Origin: an uncultured bacterium
Lineage (GTDB): Bacteria > Babelota > Babeliae > Babelales > Vermiphilaceae
Length of the DNA stretch: 64,000 bases
Reading direction: 5' to 3'
Assembly: GCA_963707655.1 (NCBI GenBank)
Contig: OY970172.1
Span: 64,001 to 128,000, forward strand
The notes below the pieces were generated by a model. The model worked only from the letters and a program-made list of their open reading frames with translations, was not told the origin of the DNA and did not search any database. This document shows, one piece after another, positions 53,901 through 64,000 of this stretch. The first letter of the stretch is position 1. Each line of letters begins with the position of its first letter. Made by a program: the position numbers and the translations under genes.

Positions 53901-55282
53901 TACGTGCTATTTTTGGAGAAAAATCACGAGAAGTTCGCGATACCTCTTTGCGCGTGCAGCCAGGTGTTGAAGGTACTATTGTTGATGTTAAAATCTTCTC
54001 TCGTAGTGGTATCAGAAAAGATAAGCGCTATAAAGAAGAAGTAGCAAAGCAGGTTGCCAAGGCAGAAAAAGATCATAATGATCATGTATTCTTCCTCGAA
54101 AAAATGATTGCTACTAAAATTGGTACTTTGCTTCATGATAATAAGCCTGCTGCGGGAGTATCAAAAAAACTTATCGTTAACGGTGTGTTTGACAAAGAGA
54201 CAGTGCAGGCATTGCCATTGGCAGAAGTGTTTGGACTCAAGAGTGCGAACAAGAGCGTCAATGACGAGCTGAAGCAGTTCCAAGAGTTACATGAGACACA
54301 GCTGCGTGTTTTAGGTGGCTTGTTGGTAGAGCGTATTAATAATCTCAAGAAGGGGGATGTTCTTTCTTCTGGTGTTATTAAGATGGTGAAGGTCTATGTC
54401 GCCATGAAGCGCCCTATTTCTATCGGTGATAAACTTGCTGGTCGCCACGGTAATAAGGGTGTTGTATCAACTATCGTTCCTCGTGAAGATATGCCGTGTA
54501 TGGCTGACGGGACTCCTGTTGATATCGTGCTCAATCCGTTGGGTGTTCCTTCTCGTATGAACGTTGGTCAAATTTTAGAAACAACCTTGGGTCTTGCCGG
54601 TAAAAAATTGGGTGACCAATTACAAGAAATCATGGCAACACAAGGTTATGAACAGATTAAAGATCATTTAATTGATTGTTACGGTAAAGATATTATTAGT
54701 TCCTATGAAAAAGAATACGGCAAAGATAGCCTCATGGAACTCGCTCAGGCAACAGCACGCGAAGGGGTGAAATTTAAAACACCGGTCTTCGATGGTGCTA
54801 GCTTGAATGCGGATATTAAGCCATTGCTTAAAAAGCTTGATCTTCCTGAGTCAGGAGCGTTTAAATTGCGCGACGGAAGAACAGGAGAATTTATGGAGCA
54901 ACCTGTTGGCGTTGGTTCTATCTACATGATGAAACTGTACCACATGGTTGATGATAAATTGCATGCTCGTTCCGTTGGGCCATACTCTCTTGTTACGCAG
55001 CAGCCATTGGGTGGTAAAGCTCAATTGGGTGGTCAGCGACTTGGTGAAATGGAAGTCTGGGCTCTTGAGGCATATGGAGCTGCATATACATTGCAAGAAA
55101 TGTTGACCTATAAATCCGATGATGTTAGCGGTCGTCATAAGGTGTATGAAGCAATTGTCCGAGGCGAAGATGTTCCTGAGCCTGGTGTTCCAGAGTCTTT
55201 CAACGTCTTGATTAAGGAATTACAAAGTTTGGGGTTACAGGTGGATTTATTCAAGAGTGGCAAGGAGAAAGTCAATGAATAG
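50954..55282 (+). CDS. rpoB: RNA polymerase beta subunit
   Basis: QFMDQTNPL, GDKLAGRHGNKG and GQRLGEMEVWA; GAGGAG RBS before ATG 50954. Confidence 0.99.
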   Translation: MSQLHMGKSNIRKLFGSIKDIAPVPNLIEIQSSSFNDFVQLDYLPEERQLIGLEKVLRDVFPIEYNDKMSLEYVSYELGSWACTCGKLTGIENRYQWSCSSCKKSGCSRLSSDLACPSCSKKTARYKTCSNCLSRVAIKLAMNLDECRSNGQTFSMPLKVKIQLMSWSLDSAGKKIIHDIKEQDIFFADVPVMADLYEEADRFKVGNLGTFLINGVDRVIVSQLHRSPGVVFSQSKKVKDFRDRPYYIARIIPMRGSWLDFEFDSNDYLYVRVDKKKKLLVTTLLQALGFARDQIMSLFYDFETIHWENGSFSRKVDASLIGRRVEKGMLPEKEEKMLLGKRITKDTIARLLKDDIEYLPLRSASLVNRVFAKDVIDEKTGEILVEQGRVFTEELQQFFSTFKKINFELIQSSGYVFQPTIAMTLTQDRSLTQDEALKDVHAKIWPGDSASLQEIKERLEALFFNNKLYDLTRVGRIRMNRKLGLSVQENLTVLTKEDIIATIRYLVNLRERGEGELDDIDHLGNRRVRLVGELLTNQVYLGFLRIERIIRERFRMQEPHGALMPQDFLNVKPLSAVMREFFGMGQLSQFMDQTNPLSEIAHKRRLSALGPGGVLKDRATYEIRDVHTSHYGRICPIETPEGQTIGLISSLATYAMVNDLGFIETGYRPVKNGTIKDEVVFLDAFEESDQFIAQADNVMKGDANKLNQNKVFARHQGNFMYVDEDKISYIDLSPKQLVSVSSALIPFLEHDDASRALMGANMQRQAVPLIQSNAPLVGTGMEKEIVKASGAVILAKRTGIVTYVSSEKIIIQANEEEFVNTEDWISRAIDTYYLRKFERSSYRTWIHHTPIVRCGDKVNAGDVITNGQAIDSGELALGANLLVAFMPWHGYNFEDAIVLNKRLVSGDVLTSVHIEEYIVDARDTKLGPEEITRDIPNVSETALEGLDEDGIVRIGTRVKPGDILVGKVTLKGDIQYSPEEKLLRAIFGEKSREVRDTSLRVQPGVEGTIVDVKIFSRSGIRKDKRYKEEVAKQVAKAEKDHNDHVFFLEKMIATKIGTLLHDNKPAAGVSKKLIVNGVFDKETVQALPLAEVFGLKSANKSVNDELKQFQELHETQLRVLGGLLVERINNLKKGDVLSSGVIKMVKVYVAMKRPISIGDKLAGRHGNKGVVSTIVPREDMPCMADGTPVDIVLNPLGVPSRMNVGQILETTLGLAGKKLGDQLQEIMATQGYEQIKDHLIDCYGKDIISSYEKEYGKDSLMELAQATAREGVKFKTPVFDGASLNADIKPLLKKLDLPESGAFKLRDGRTGEFMEQPVGVGSIYMMKLYHMVDDKLHARSVGPYSLVTQQPLGGKAQLGGQRLGEMEVWALEAYGAAYTLQEMLTYKSDDVSGRHKVYEAIVRGEDVPEPGVPESFNVLIKELQSLGLQVDLFKSGKEKVNE

Positions 55283-58200
55283 TCGCATATTAGATCGCTT
55301 TAGAGAATATGTAAGCGTTACTCAATTTAATGCGGTAAAAATTGGGCTTGCTTCTCCGGAAAAGATTAGATCTCTCTCCTACGGGGAAGTGAAGAAGATA
55401 GAAACAATTAACTATCGTACGCTTAAACCTGAGCGTGATGGTCTTTTCTGTGCTCGCATTTTTGGTCCCGTTAAGGATTGGGAATGTAACTGTGGTAAAT
55501 ACAAGCGCATGAAGCATCGCGGTGTTACCTGTGAAAAATGTGGTGTTGAAGTGATTCAATCCCGTGTTCGCAGAGAACGCATGGGTCATATAGAACTGGT
55601 CTCTCCTGTGTGCCACATTTGGTATCTTAAGGGAATCCCAAGTTACTTAGGGCTTATTCTTGATATGCCGGTTAAAGATCTTGAACGAGTTATCTATTTT
55701 GATGCTTATATTGTAATCAATCAAGGTAAATCTCCTTATCCAAGAAAAACATTATTGAATAATCTTGAGTATGAAAATTATAAAGATGCTCATCCTGAAG
55801 ATTTTGATTTTACGGTTGAAATAGGGGCTGAAGCAATCAATCAAATGTTGAAGATGATTGATCTTAAGCTTGAAATCAGTATTTTGAATGATGAATACGC
55901 AAAAACATCATCAGTCGCTATTCGCCATAAGATTATGCGTCGCATAAAAATGATGACAAGTTTGGATGAAGCTAAGCTAAGTCCAAGCTGGATGATTATG
56001 ACAATATTGCCGGTTTTACCGCCAGATTTGCGCCCGTTGGTACCTCTTGAAGGTGGACGCTTTGCGAGCTCCGACCTTAATGAGTTGTATCGTCGCGTGT
56101 TAAATCGCAATATTCGTCTGCAGCGCTTGATCGAAATCGAAGCTCCTTCGGTGATTATAAAAAATGAAAAGCGCATGTTGCAAGAAGCAGTTGATGCTCT
56201 TATTGATAATGGTAGACGCGGTCAGCCGGTTCGTGGTTCAAATCGTCGTACCCTGAAATCATTGAGCGAAATGCTTCGTGGTAAACAAGGTCGTTTCCGT
56301 CAGAACTTGCTCGGTCGACGTGTTGATTACTCAGGTCGTTCCGTTATTGTGGTTGATCCAGAATTGCGTATGAATCAGTGCGGATTACCAAAAGCGATGG
56401 CACTTGAACTTTTCAAATCATATGTCTTGGCCGGTTTGTTAGAGCGTGAATTGGCGCCTAATTTGCGTGTTGCCAAACGCATGGTAGAAGAGTTGTCACC
56501 AGAAGTGTGGGATGTGCTTGAAGAAGTGGTTAAAAATAGACCGGTTCTTCTTAATCGCGCACCAACATTGCATCGTCTTGGTATTCAAGCGTTTTATCCA
56601 ATTTTAGTGGATGGTAAAGCTATTAAAATCCATCCATTGGTTTGTTCCGCTTTTAACGCTGACTTTGATGGTGACCAGATGGCTGTTCACTTACCACTTA
56701 GTAAGAAAGCGCAAGAAGAAAGTCACGAGTTAATACTTTCAACCCAAAATATTTTAGCACCGTCTAACGGGCGCCCGGTTACCGTTCCTTCTCAGGACAT
56801 GGTTCTTGGATTGCACTATATGACCAAAGTTCGTCTTGGTGGTTTGGGAGAAGGTATTACTTTTTCTAACGTGAAAGAAGTCATTACTGCATATCAGTGC
56901 GAACAGGCTTCCTTGCACACGAAAATCAATCTTCGTCTCTATAATGAAATTATTGAGACCACAGTGGGACGCGTATTGCTCTTTGAAGCATTGCCAGAGG
57001 GATCTGAGTTCCATTGGATCAATAAAATTATGAAGCGCAGTGACGTAGTCAAATTGATTGAGAAAATTTACTACCGCTTTGGAAGCGCTTCAACGGTTGC
57101 GTGTTTAGATAAAGTGAAAAAACTTGGTTTCTATCACTCTACAATCGGCGGTATTTCTATCTCTATTAATGATTTGGTAATACCAAAACATAAGGATGAT
57201 ATTGTACATCGCGCTGAAAAAGAAGTTGAAAAAGTTGAACAACTTTATATGGACGGTGTGATCACTAACGGTGAGCGCCACAATAAAGTAGTGAGCATTT
57301 GGTATCAAGCTACTGCCGACGTAGCAAGCGATATGGCCAAAGAACTCGAAAGCCAGGACAGAGCTTCATTTATGAATGAAGATCATGCATTTAATCCATT
57401 TAATCCAATCTTTATGATGTTGGATTCTGGTGCTCGTGGTTCTAAGGATCAGATTAAGCAGTTGGTTGGTATGCGTGGTATGATGGCAAAGCCAAGTGGT
57501 GAAGTTATGGAAACACCGGTTAAATCGAACTTCAAGTCTGGTTTGAGCGTGTTTGAATACTTTATTTCTACCCACGGTGCTCGTAAAGGTCAAGCGGATA
57601 CCGCGTTGAAAACAGCAAACTCCGGTTATTTAACCCGTCGTTTAGTTGATGTTGCTCAAGATGTCGTCATTACTATTGATGATTGCAAAGCTCTTGGTTA
57701 CGTTGAAATTGAATCGTTAAAAGAGTCGGGCGATGTTATCTATCCATTGGCAGGAAGAACATTCGGACGCGTACTTGCATCAGATGTTAAAGATCCGGTG
57801 TCAGGCGAGCTGCTCTTTAGACAAGGACATATTATAAGTCGCGAAGATATTATTAAAATTGCTGATTCTGCAGTTACTAAAATAGGCTTGCGCTCTGTAT
57901 TAACATGTCAAGCTAAACACGGAGTTTGTGCTCAGTGTTATGGTTATGATTTGTCTAAAGGTGCCGTTGTTGATGTTGGAACTACCGTTGGTATTATTGC
58001 TGCGCAATCGATCGGTGAACCGGGAACACAGCTTACTATGAGAACTTTCCACATCGGGGGTACCGCAAGTGGTTTGGCTGAACAGCCATTCTTTGTGGCT
58101 AAACAAGATGGTATTGTTGAGTGGCGTGGTATTCGTGTCGTAAAAAATGCTCAGGGACAAATGTTAGTGGTGAGTCGTAAGGCAAAGCTGCTTATTGTTT

Positions 58201-59381
58201 CAAAAGATGGTCGCGAATTACAGCGTCATGATCTTGAGTATGGTTCATTGATTCATGTTGAAGATAAACAAGAAATTAAAATGGGTACCCGTCTTGCAGA
58301 GTGGGATCCAAACAGTAAGATATTGGTAACTGAAAAGAGCGGTTCTGTTAAATTTGTTGATTTGATCGAAAATGTCACGGTTCGTGAACGTTTTGATGAA
58401 GCAACCAATAAATCGAACTATATCATTCTTGAAAATCGTAACGAGCAACACCAGCCGGCTATTGCTATTGTTGGTGATGATGGTGAGGAAGCTATTTACT
58501 ACCTACCAGCGGGCTCTTATTTGACCGTGAATGAAAAGCAAAAAGTTCATGTGGGAGATATTCTTGTTAAGACACCACGTGAAGTATCGAAAACCAAAGA
58601 TATTACCGGTGGTTTACCACGTATTGCAGAACTCTTTGAAGCGCGTGCGCCAAAAGATCCGGCAATTATTGTAGATATCGATGGTGAGATTGTCTTCGGC
58701 GGTTTACACCGTGGCTTGAGAAAAGTGAGTGTTGTTGCGGGAACGGAAACATTTGATTACTTTATTCCACGTGGTAAGCAGTTGAACGTCGCTAACGGTG
58801 ACCGTGTAAATGCGGGAGATCGTTTGACATCAGGGGTTCCTGTATTGCATGATATGCTACGCATCCTTGGTGCAGATACCGTACAAAAATATCTTGTTGA
58901 TCAAATTCAAGAAATTTATCGCTTGCAGGGCATTGACATTAACGATCGACATATCGAAGTAATTGTTCGTCAAATGATGCGCAAGGTGCGTATTGTTGAA
59001 CAAGGCGATACTGATTTCTTGATTGGAGATCGTGTTGATCGTATTCACTTCCAGACGGTGAATTCGTTGTTGAGAGCAGAAGGTAAAAAAGTTGCGGTGG
59101 CAAAACCTATTCTTATGGGTATTACACAAGCATCGTTGGGAACCGAAAGCTTTATCTCGGCAGCGTCTTTCCAGGAAACCACCCGTATTTTAGCGGAAGC
59201 TGCAATTTCAGGTGGGGTAGATTATCTCTATGGGTTGAAAGAAAATGTAATTGTCGGTAAATTGATCCCGGCAGGTACCGGTATAGCTTCTTTCAAACAA
59301 AAATACTTGGGAGATGGTCTTTCCGATCTTGAAAGACAAGCGCAAGAAGAAGAAATGAAAGAGCGACGAGTTGCCGCATAA
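55275..59381 (+). CDS. rpoC: RNA polymerase beta' subunit
   Basis: NADFDGD, zinc-binding domain and GEPGTQLTMRTFH; AGGAG RBS before 55275. Confidence 0.99.
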   Translation: MNSRILDRFREYVSVTQFNAVKIGLASPEKIRSLSYGEVKKIETINYRTLKPERDGLFCARIFGPVKDWECNCGKYKRMKHRGVTCEKCGVEVIQSRVRRERMGHIELVSPVCHIWYLKGIPSYLGLILDMPVKDLERVIYFDAYIVINQGKSPYPRKTLLNNLEYENYKDAHPEDFDFTVEIGAEAINQMLKMIDLKLEISILNDEYAKTSSVAIRHKIMRRIKMMTSLDEAKLSPSWMIMTILPVLPPDLRPLVPLEGGRFASSDLNELYRRVLNRNIRLQRLIEIEAPSVIIKNEKRMLQEAVDALIDNGRRGQPVRGSNRRTLKSLSEMLRGKQGRFRQNLLGRRVDYSGRSVIVVDPELRMNQCGLPKAMALELFKSYVLAGLLERELAPNLRVAKRMVEELSPEVWDVLEEVVKNRPVLLNRAPTLHRLGIQAFYPILVDGKAIKIHPLVCSAFNADFDGDQMAVHLPLSKKAQEESHELILSTQNILAPSNGRPVTVPSQDMVLGLHYMTKVRLGGLGEGITFSNVKEVITAYQCEQASLHTKINLRLYNEIIETTVGRVLLFEALPEGSEFHWINKIMKRSDVVKLIEKIYYRFGSASTVACLDKVKKLGFYHSTIGGISISINDLVIPKHKDDIVHRAEKEVEKVEQLYMDGVITNGERHNKVVSIWYQATADVASDMAKELESQDRASFMNEDHAFNPFNPIFMMLDSGARGSKDQIKQLVGMRGMMAKPSGEVMETPVKSNFKSGLSVFEYFISTHGARKGQADTALKTANSGYLTRRLVDVAQDVVITIDDCKALGYVEIESLKESGDVIYPLAGRTFGRVLASDVKDPVSGELLFRQGHIISREDIIKIADSAVTKIGLRSVLTCQAKHGVCAQCYGYDLSKGAVVDVGTTVGIIAAQSIGEPGTQLTMRTFHIGGTASGLAEQPFFVAKQDGIVEWRGIRVVKNAQGQMLVVSRKAKLLIVSKDGRELQRHDLEYGSLIHVEDKQEIKMGTRLAEWDPNSKILVTEKSGSVKFVDLIENVTVRERFDEATNKSNYIILENRNEQHQPAIAIVGDDGEEAIYYLPAGSYLTVNEKQKVHVGDILVKTPREVSKTKDITGGLPRIAELFEARAPKDPAIIVDIDGEIVFGGLHRGLRKVSVVAGTETFDYFIPRGKQLNVANGDRVNAGDRLTSGVPVLHDMLRILGADTVQKYLVDQIQEIYRLQGIDINDRHIEVIVRQMMRKVRIVEQGDTDFLIGDRVDRIHFQTVNSLLRAEGKKVAVAKPILMGITQASLGTESFISAASFQETTRILAEAAISGGVDYLYGLKENVIVGKLIPAGTGIASFKQKYLGDGLSDLERQAQEEEMKERRVAA

Positions 59382-59404
59382 AAAGCTAAACAACATTGGA
59401 TAGC

Positions 59405-59480
59405 AGGCGCGTAGCTCAGCTGGTAGAGCACTGCTTTGACGTAGCAGGGGTCAGCGGTTCAAGTCCGCTCGCGCCTACCA
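59405..59480 (+). tRNA. tRNA-Val(GAC)
   Basis: CTGCT-TT-GAC-GT-AGCAG anticodon arm, CCA. Confidence 0.95.
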
Positions 59481-59527
59481 AGATATGGTGTAGTTGTAGT
59501 TATTAAATAAAAAGTTAGGTTATAAAA

Positions 59528-59803
59528 ATGGCAATAACAAAAGAAAAAAAACAGAATATTATGAAAAATTTCGGTATCAATGCTGAAGATACCGGCTCAG
59601 CACAAGTGCAAGTTGCTTTATTGACTGAGCGTATCAGCGATCTTACGGGACATTTGAAGAAAAATATTCATGATTTCTCTTCAAAACGCGGTTTGCTTAA
59701 AATGGTTGCGAGAAGACGTAAACTTTTGCAATATTTAGAATCAACCGATCAAGCACTTTATAATACAATTATTAAGCGTCTTGAACTTAAAAAAATAAAT
59801 TAA
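59528..59803 (+). CDS. rpsO: 30S ribosomal protein S15
   Basis: DTGSAQVQVALLT and RGLLKMV. Confidence 0.98.
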   Translation: MAITKEKKQNIMKNFGINAEDTGSAQVQVALLTERISDLTGHLKKNIHDFSSKRGLLKMVARRRKLLQYLESTDQALYNTIIKRLELKKIN

Positions 59804-59832
59804 AGAATATTACTTCGAGAGTTATATAGGTT

Positions 59833-61914
59833 ATGGTAAAAACATTTCATTTGCCGGAATTCGGCTATAAAGTAGAACTTGGTAAGTTTGCGCACCAAGC
59901 TGATGGTGCAGTTTGGATTCAGCAAGGGGGAACTGTTGTTCTTGCAACGGTAGTCTCTGCCGAGTCAAAAGATTTTCCTGGGTTTTTACCATTGACCGTA
60001 GAATATCGTGAGTGGTTTTCTGCAGCAGGTAAAATTCCCGGTGGTTATTACAAACGAGAAGGTAAACCAACAGACAAGGAAGTGCTAACCGGCCGTTTAA
60101 TAGACCGCGCCATGCGTCCCTTGTTCCCTGCTGATTATTTTAATCAAGTACAAGTAGTGACCAGTGTCTATTCTGTTGACAAAGAAAATGCACCGGCAAC
60201 ACTTGGTTTCATTGCTTCATCTCTTGCTTTGTCTATATCAAAAATCCCGTTCATGGGGCCACTTGGTTTAGTAGAAGTAGCTCGTTTGGATGGGCAATGG
60301 ATTTTGTGCCCAACATATCCACAAAGCATGGCATCAGACATTCGTTTGACTATTGCGGGTACACAAGAAGGCATTTGTATGGTTGAAGGATCAGCCAATG
60401 AAATGTCCGAAGAAGAATTTATTGATGTTATGTTTAAAGCGCATGAAAAAATTAAAGCGCAAATAGCATGGCAAAATCAAATTCAAAAAGAAGTTGGCGT
60501 TGCTAAGAAACAAGCAGAATTTAGCTTTGACTGGTCGGCATGGAATGAAAAGATTGAAGCTTTTCTTACTCATGATCGCGTTAAATCAATATATCTTGCT
60601 GATAAAATAGAGCGCAATGAAGCACTTTCTGCTTTGCAAGAAGAATTTGTCAAAGAAAATGAAGAAGCTGTTGCCGCAGATGAACTGCCAACGAAAGTAG
60701 TTGATTATATTTTTGATCAAAAACTACAGAAAAAAATTACCGAACTTATCTTTGAATTGAATAAGCGTGTTGATGGTCGTGCATCTGACCAAATTCGCGC
60801 TATCAGTACCGAAGTAGGGCTTTTGCCATGCACTCATGGTTCTGCGCTCTTCAATAGAGGTCGCACCCAAGCATTGGTGAGCGTTACTCTTGGCGGTGGC
60901 CAGGATGAGCAGAAGATTGAAGGCATCATGTCAGATGATGCTACTGATGGTAACTTTATGTTGCATTACAATTTCCCGCCCTTCTCTGTTGGTGAAGCGC
61001 GTCCTATGCGTGGCCCGGGAAGACGAGAAATTGGTCATGGGTATTTAGCTGCTTCTGCGCTTCGCTCAATGTTGCCAAGCAAAGAACAATTTCCTTATAC
61101 CATTCGTGTTGTTGCTGACATGTTAGAATCAGATGGTTCAACTTCTATGGCAACTACATGCGGTGCGACGATGGCATTAATGCAGGCCGGCGTTCCTATC
61201 AAAAAAATGGTCAGCGGTGTTGCTATGGGCTTGCTCAAAAGCGCTAACGGCAAATTTATGGTGCTATCCGACATTTCCGGCTTTGAAGATGCATTTGGTT
61301 TAATGGATTTCAAGGTTACCGGAACTGAAGATGGTATTACCGCAATTCAGATGGATATTAAATACAAAGGCGGATTCTCTCGCGAAGTCTTTGAAGCTGC
61401 TCTTGCACAAGCTAAAAAAGGTCGTATCCATATTTTAGGCGAAATGCGTAAAGTAATGACCGAGCCTAATAAAGAGCTGTCAGACTTGGTGCCTAAACTT
61501 GTCACCGTGAAAGTGCATACCGATAAAATCGGCGCTATTATCGGTACAGGTGGTAAGGTTATCCGTGAAATTACTGAAAAAACCAAAACAAGCATCGATA
61601 TTGAACCAGATGGTTTGGTTAAGATTTTTGGTGGCCCCGATGCAGATCTTCCAACAGCAATTAATTGGGTGAAAACATTGGGCGGTCAAATTGAGGCGGG
61701 CGCACAATATGAAGGGCCTATCAGAAAAGTGGCGGAATTTGGCCTCTTTGTTGAATTGGTTCCCGGTGTTGATGGCTTGGTGCACGTATCAAATATTCCA
61801 AAACATAAACAACGTAGCTTTGCCCAAGAATATAAAGTTGGGGATGTCGTTAAGGTTGAAGTGTTGGAATATGATGAAAGCACTGGCCGCGTACGTCTAC
61901 GCTTGATTGAGTAA
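59833..61914 (+). CDS. pnp: Polyribonucleotide nucleotidyltransferase
   Basis: Two RNase PH domains (RREIGHG, MDFKVTG), KH and S1 domains. Confidence 0.98.
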   Translation: MVKTFHLPEFGYKVELGKFAHQADGAVWIQQGGTVVLATVVSAESKDFPGFLPLTVEYREWFSAAGKIPGGYYKREGKPTDKEVLTGRLIDRAMRPLFPADYFNQVQVVTSVYSVDKENAPATLGFIASSLALSISKIPFMGPLGLVEVARLDGQWILCPTYPQSMASDIRLTIAGTQEGICMVEGSANEMSEEEFIDVMFKAHEKIKAQIAWQNQIQKEVGVAKKQAEFSFDWSAWNEKIEAFLTHDRVKSIYLADKIERNEALSALQEEFVKENEEAVAADELPTKVVDYIFDQKLQKKITELIFELNKRVDGRASDQIRAISTEVGLLPCTHGSALFNRGRTQALVSVTLGGGQDEQKIEGIMSDDATDGNFMLHYNFPPFSVGEARPMRGPGRREIGHGYLAASALRSMLPSKEQFPYTIRVVADMLESDGSTSMATTCGATMALMQAGVPIKKMVSGVAMGLLKSANGKFMVLSDISGFEDAFGLMDFKVTGTEDGITAIQMDIKYKGGFSREVFEAALAQAKKGRIHILGEMRKVMTEPNKELSDLVPKLVTVKVHTDKIGAIIGTGGKVIREITEKTKTSIDIEPDGLVKIFGGPDADLPTAINWVKTLGGQIEAGAQYEGPIRKVAEFGLFVELVPGVDGLVHVSNIPKHKQRSFAQEYKVGDVVKVEVLEYDESTGRVRLRLIE

Positions 61915-61925
61915 CTTCTTTTTAT

Positions 61926-62741
61926 ATGAATAAAACTATGAAACGAGCTGATGGGCGATTTGCCCATCAGCTCAGATCTTTTTCTATCGGTTATGAGTGT
62001 TTTGGCTATGCCGATGGGGCAGTAATACTGTCTCTTGGCAATACCAAGGTGCTTTGTGCCGTCACCTTACAAGCTGGCGTTCCGGCTTTTCTTAAAGGTA
62101 AAAGGACTGGTTGGCTTACGGCAGAATATGCCATGATGCCGACATCTACTCACATGCGCTCGCAGCGTGAATCAGCACAAAAGTATAATGGCAGATCAAT
62201 AGAAATTGCACGGCTCATTGGCCGGTCGTTGCGTACGGTAGTCGATCTGAGCAAGATCGGCGAGCGCACCATTACTATTGATTGTGATGTGTTGCAGGCG
62301 GATGGAGGTACAAGGACAGCGTGCATTACCGGAGCTTTTATCGCATTACGGCGCGCCGTTGCAAAGTGGATCGGTGATGGCATTATCAGCGAATCTATTA
62401 TTACTGATGAACTTGCCGCTATTTCTGCAGGAATAAAAAATGGGAGCGCACTGTTAGATATAGATTATGCAGAAGATAGCACAATTGATGCGGATTATAA
62501 TTTTGTATTAACTCGCTCAGGTGCTATTATTGAAATTCAGGGAACAACGGAATCAAAAGCGATTGCATGGCCCTTATTTAATGAAATGTGTAGTCTTGCA
62601 TCGCAAGGGGTACAACAATTGTTTGAGCAGATAGATGTCTATGAAAAAAAGGGACATGTTATACTAGAAAATATCCCTGTTTCATCAGTATCACAAGGAC
62701 TGACCAACGCATTAAAAAAGTATAGCCTTTCATCGGATTAA
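61926..62741 (+). CDS. rph: Ribonuclease PH
   Basis: GWLTAEYAM, EIARLIGRSLR and ADGGTRTA. Confidence 0.96.
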   Translation: MNKTMKRADGRFAHQLRSFSIGYECFGYADGAVILSLGNTKVLCAVTLQAGVPAFLKGKRTGWLTAEYAMMPTSTHMRSQRESAQKYNGRSIEIARLIGRSLRTVVDLSKIGERTITIDCDVLQADGGTRTACITGAFIALRRAVAKWIGDGIISESIITDELAAISAGIKNGSALLDIDYAEDSTIDADYNFVLTRSGAIIEIQGTTESKAIAWPLFNEMCSLASQGVQQLFEQIDVYEKKGHVILENIPVSSVSQGLTNALKKYSLSSD

Positions 62742-62743
62742 CC

Positions 62744-63700
62744 ATGAATTTTACAACGTTTCTCGAAACGTTTATTACGAGCAGAGCTTTACCTACTAAG
62801 CCTCTTTTTATATTTAAAGGGGGCGATTATCAAATTCTATTCTTTGCAAAGCTTATTGAGCAGATAAAAAAACAGCATTATTTTGAAACCATAGATGTTA
62901 TCGAGCAGGATTTTGCATCAAGCATGTCTCGCCTGGAAACAAGTTTTTTGGGCCAATCGGTGGTATATTGGCTAAAAAATAGTGCCGAGCTTGATGAAAA
63001 AAAAGCGAATAAGTTGCTTACCTATCTGCAAGAATATCAGGGGCCGCATATCGTTATCTGTTTTTTGCCTATTAAAAATAAGCAGATCGCTGTTGCCCAT
63101 GGGCTTGTTATCGATATGGATGAAGTAAAAGTTGATAAAGATATGCTTACCCTTATTATGCGCTTAACGCAGCCATCTTTGGATCTTAAAAAGCTTAATC
63201 CTATTATCAAATATATCTCTTCTCGCCGGTTATCTATCGCGTTGGATGATGCCTGTTTAATTTCACAGTATCTTTTGGTATGTACGACTATTGGCGATGA
63301 TTTTTTGGCGTGGCTCGATACCATACTTTTTCCTGATAAAGCATTGTTTACCTTGAGCCAAACTTTTTTTTCAAAAAATGTCTCTTCTTTTTACACTCAG
63401 TGGCAAAATCAAGAATCTTTATATGCAGAAGCTTTCTGGATCAGTTTTTGGTCAGAGCAATTATGGCGCGCGTGCGCGGTAATTGAATTATACGAGAACA
63501 AAGAATTTGCTCAGGCCAAAACAATGGCTTTTAGACTTCCTTTTTCTTTTATCCAAACTGATTGGAAAAAATATGCTCCCGCAGAATTACGAGCCGCACA
63601 TGATTTTGTTTATGGCATGGACCATCAATTAAAAAACGGTGGCGATGCTTTCTGCTTTGATCTTTTCTATTCCAAATTTTTTTCTGGACAGTTTAGGTAA
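62744..63700 (+). CDS. Probable divergent DNA polymerase III delta subunit (HolA-like)
   Basis: Size, LFIFKG near the N-terminus, ETSFLG motif and helical C-terminus; weak resemblance only. Confidence 0.5.
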   Translation: MNFTTFLETFITSRALPTKPLFIFKGGDYQILFFAKLIEQIKKQHYFETIDVIEQDFASSMSRLETSFLGQSVVYWLKNSAELDEKKANKLLTYLQEYQGPHIVICFLPIKNKQIAVAHGLVIDMDEVKVDKDMLTLIMRLTQPSLDLKKLNPIIKYISSRRLSIALDDACLISQYLLVCTTIGDDFLAWLDTILFPDKALFTLSQTFFSKNVSSFYTQWQNQESLYAEAFWISFWSEQLWRACAVIELYENKEFAQAKTMAFRLPFSFIQTDWKKYAPAELRAAHDFVYGMDHQLKNGGDAFCFDLFYSKFFSGQFR

Positions 63701-64000
63701 GATTTTTTTTAACAGTTTTGTTTATGAGACGGTCAGGTTGAATAATGCCGCCTGAAATAATCATGGCCATTGCTTCTTGACGACTAATGTGAATTACATG
63801 CACATCTTTTTTTTGTGCCATAATAAAAAATCCGGTTGTTGGATTGGGAGTGGTAGGAATAAAAATGTTTAAAAATTCTTTATCAGTGTCGGGAGAAAAT
63901 TCAGGAGATAATTCACTGGTTACAAAACCTAAGCTATAAATACCGGTACGAGGAAATTCTACCAATACCACTTCTTTAAAAGAGACAGTGTCTTGCGGAT
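63693..64000 (-). CDS. DUF502 domain protein, C-terminal part
   Basis: VLVEFPR..GFVT..FIPTTPNPTTGF..IISGG; runs off the window end. Confidence 0.9.
   Translation of the reverse strand, partial: PQDTVSFKEVVLVEFPRTGIYSLGFVTSELSPEFSPDTDKEFLNIFIPTTPNPTTGFFIMAQKKDVHVIHISRQEAMAMIISGGIIQPDRLINKTVKKNLT

Overview
This is a low-GC bacterial chromosomal window. It most likely comes from an intracellular parasite of protists in Candidatus Dependentiae/Babelota (TM6); this is inferred from gene content (signal-peptide-bearing WD40, ankyrin and orphan proteins, secreted GT2s, a MutS-V-only protein) and no search was run. It holds a complete rrn operon (16S-Ile-Ala-23S-5S) and 13 tRNA genes. It also holds the rpmG-secE-nusG-rplKAJL-rpoBC cluster without tuf, plus rpsO-pnp-rph, prfB, radA, murA, a stand-alone atpG, tsaE and many exported orphan proteins. 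I saw no transposase, integrase, phage or CRISPR array. The strongest unexplained signals are: (1) a co-varying palindromic element fused to the CCA end of six tRNA genes, including all five long-variable-arm tRNAs, which pairs with the CCA and usually ends in a second CCA; (2) a recurring (A/G)-Met motif at the predicted signal-peptidase site of unrelated exported proteins, which would leave mature proteins starting with Met; (3) normally cytoplasmic enzymes carrying signal peptides; and (4) several single-base frameshifts that could be real decay or sequencing error.
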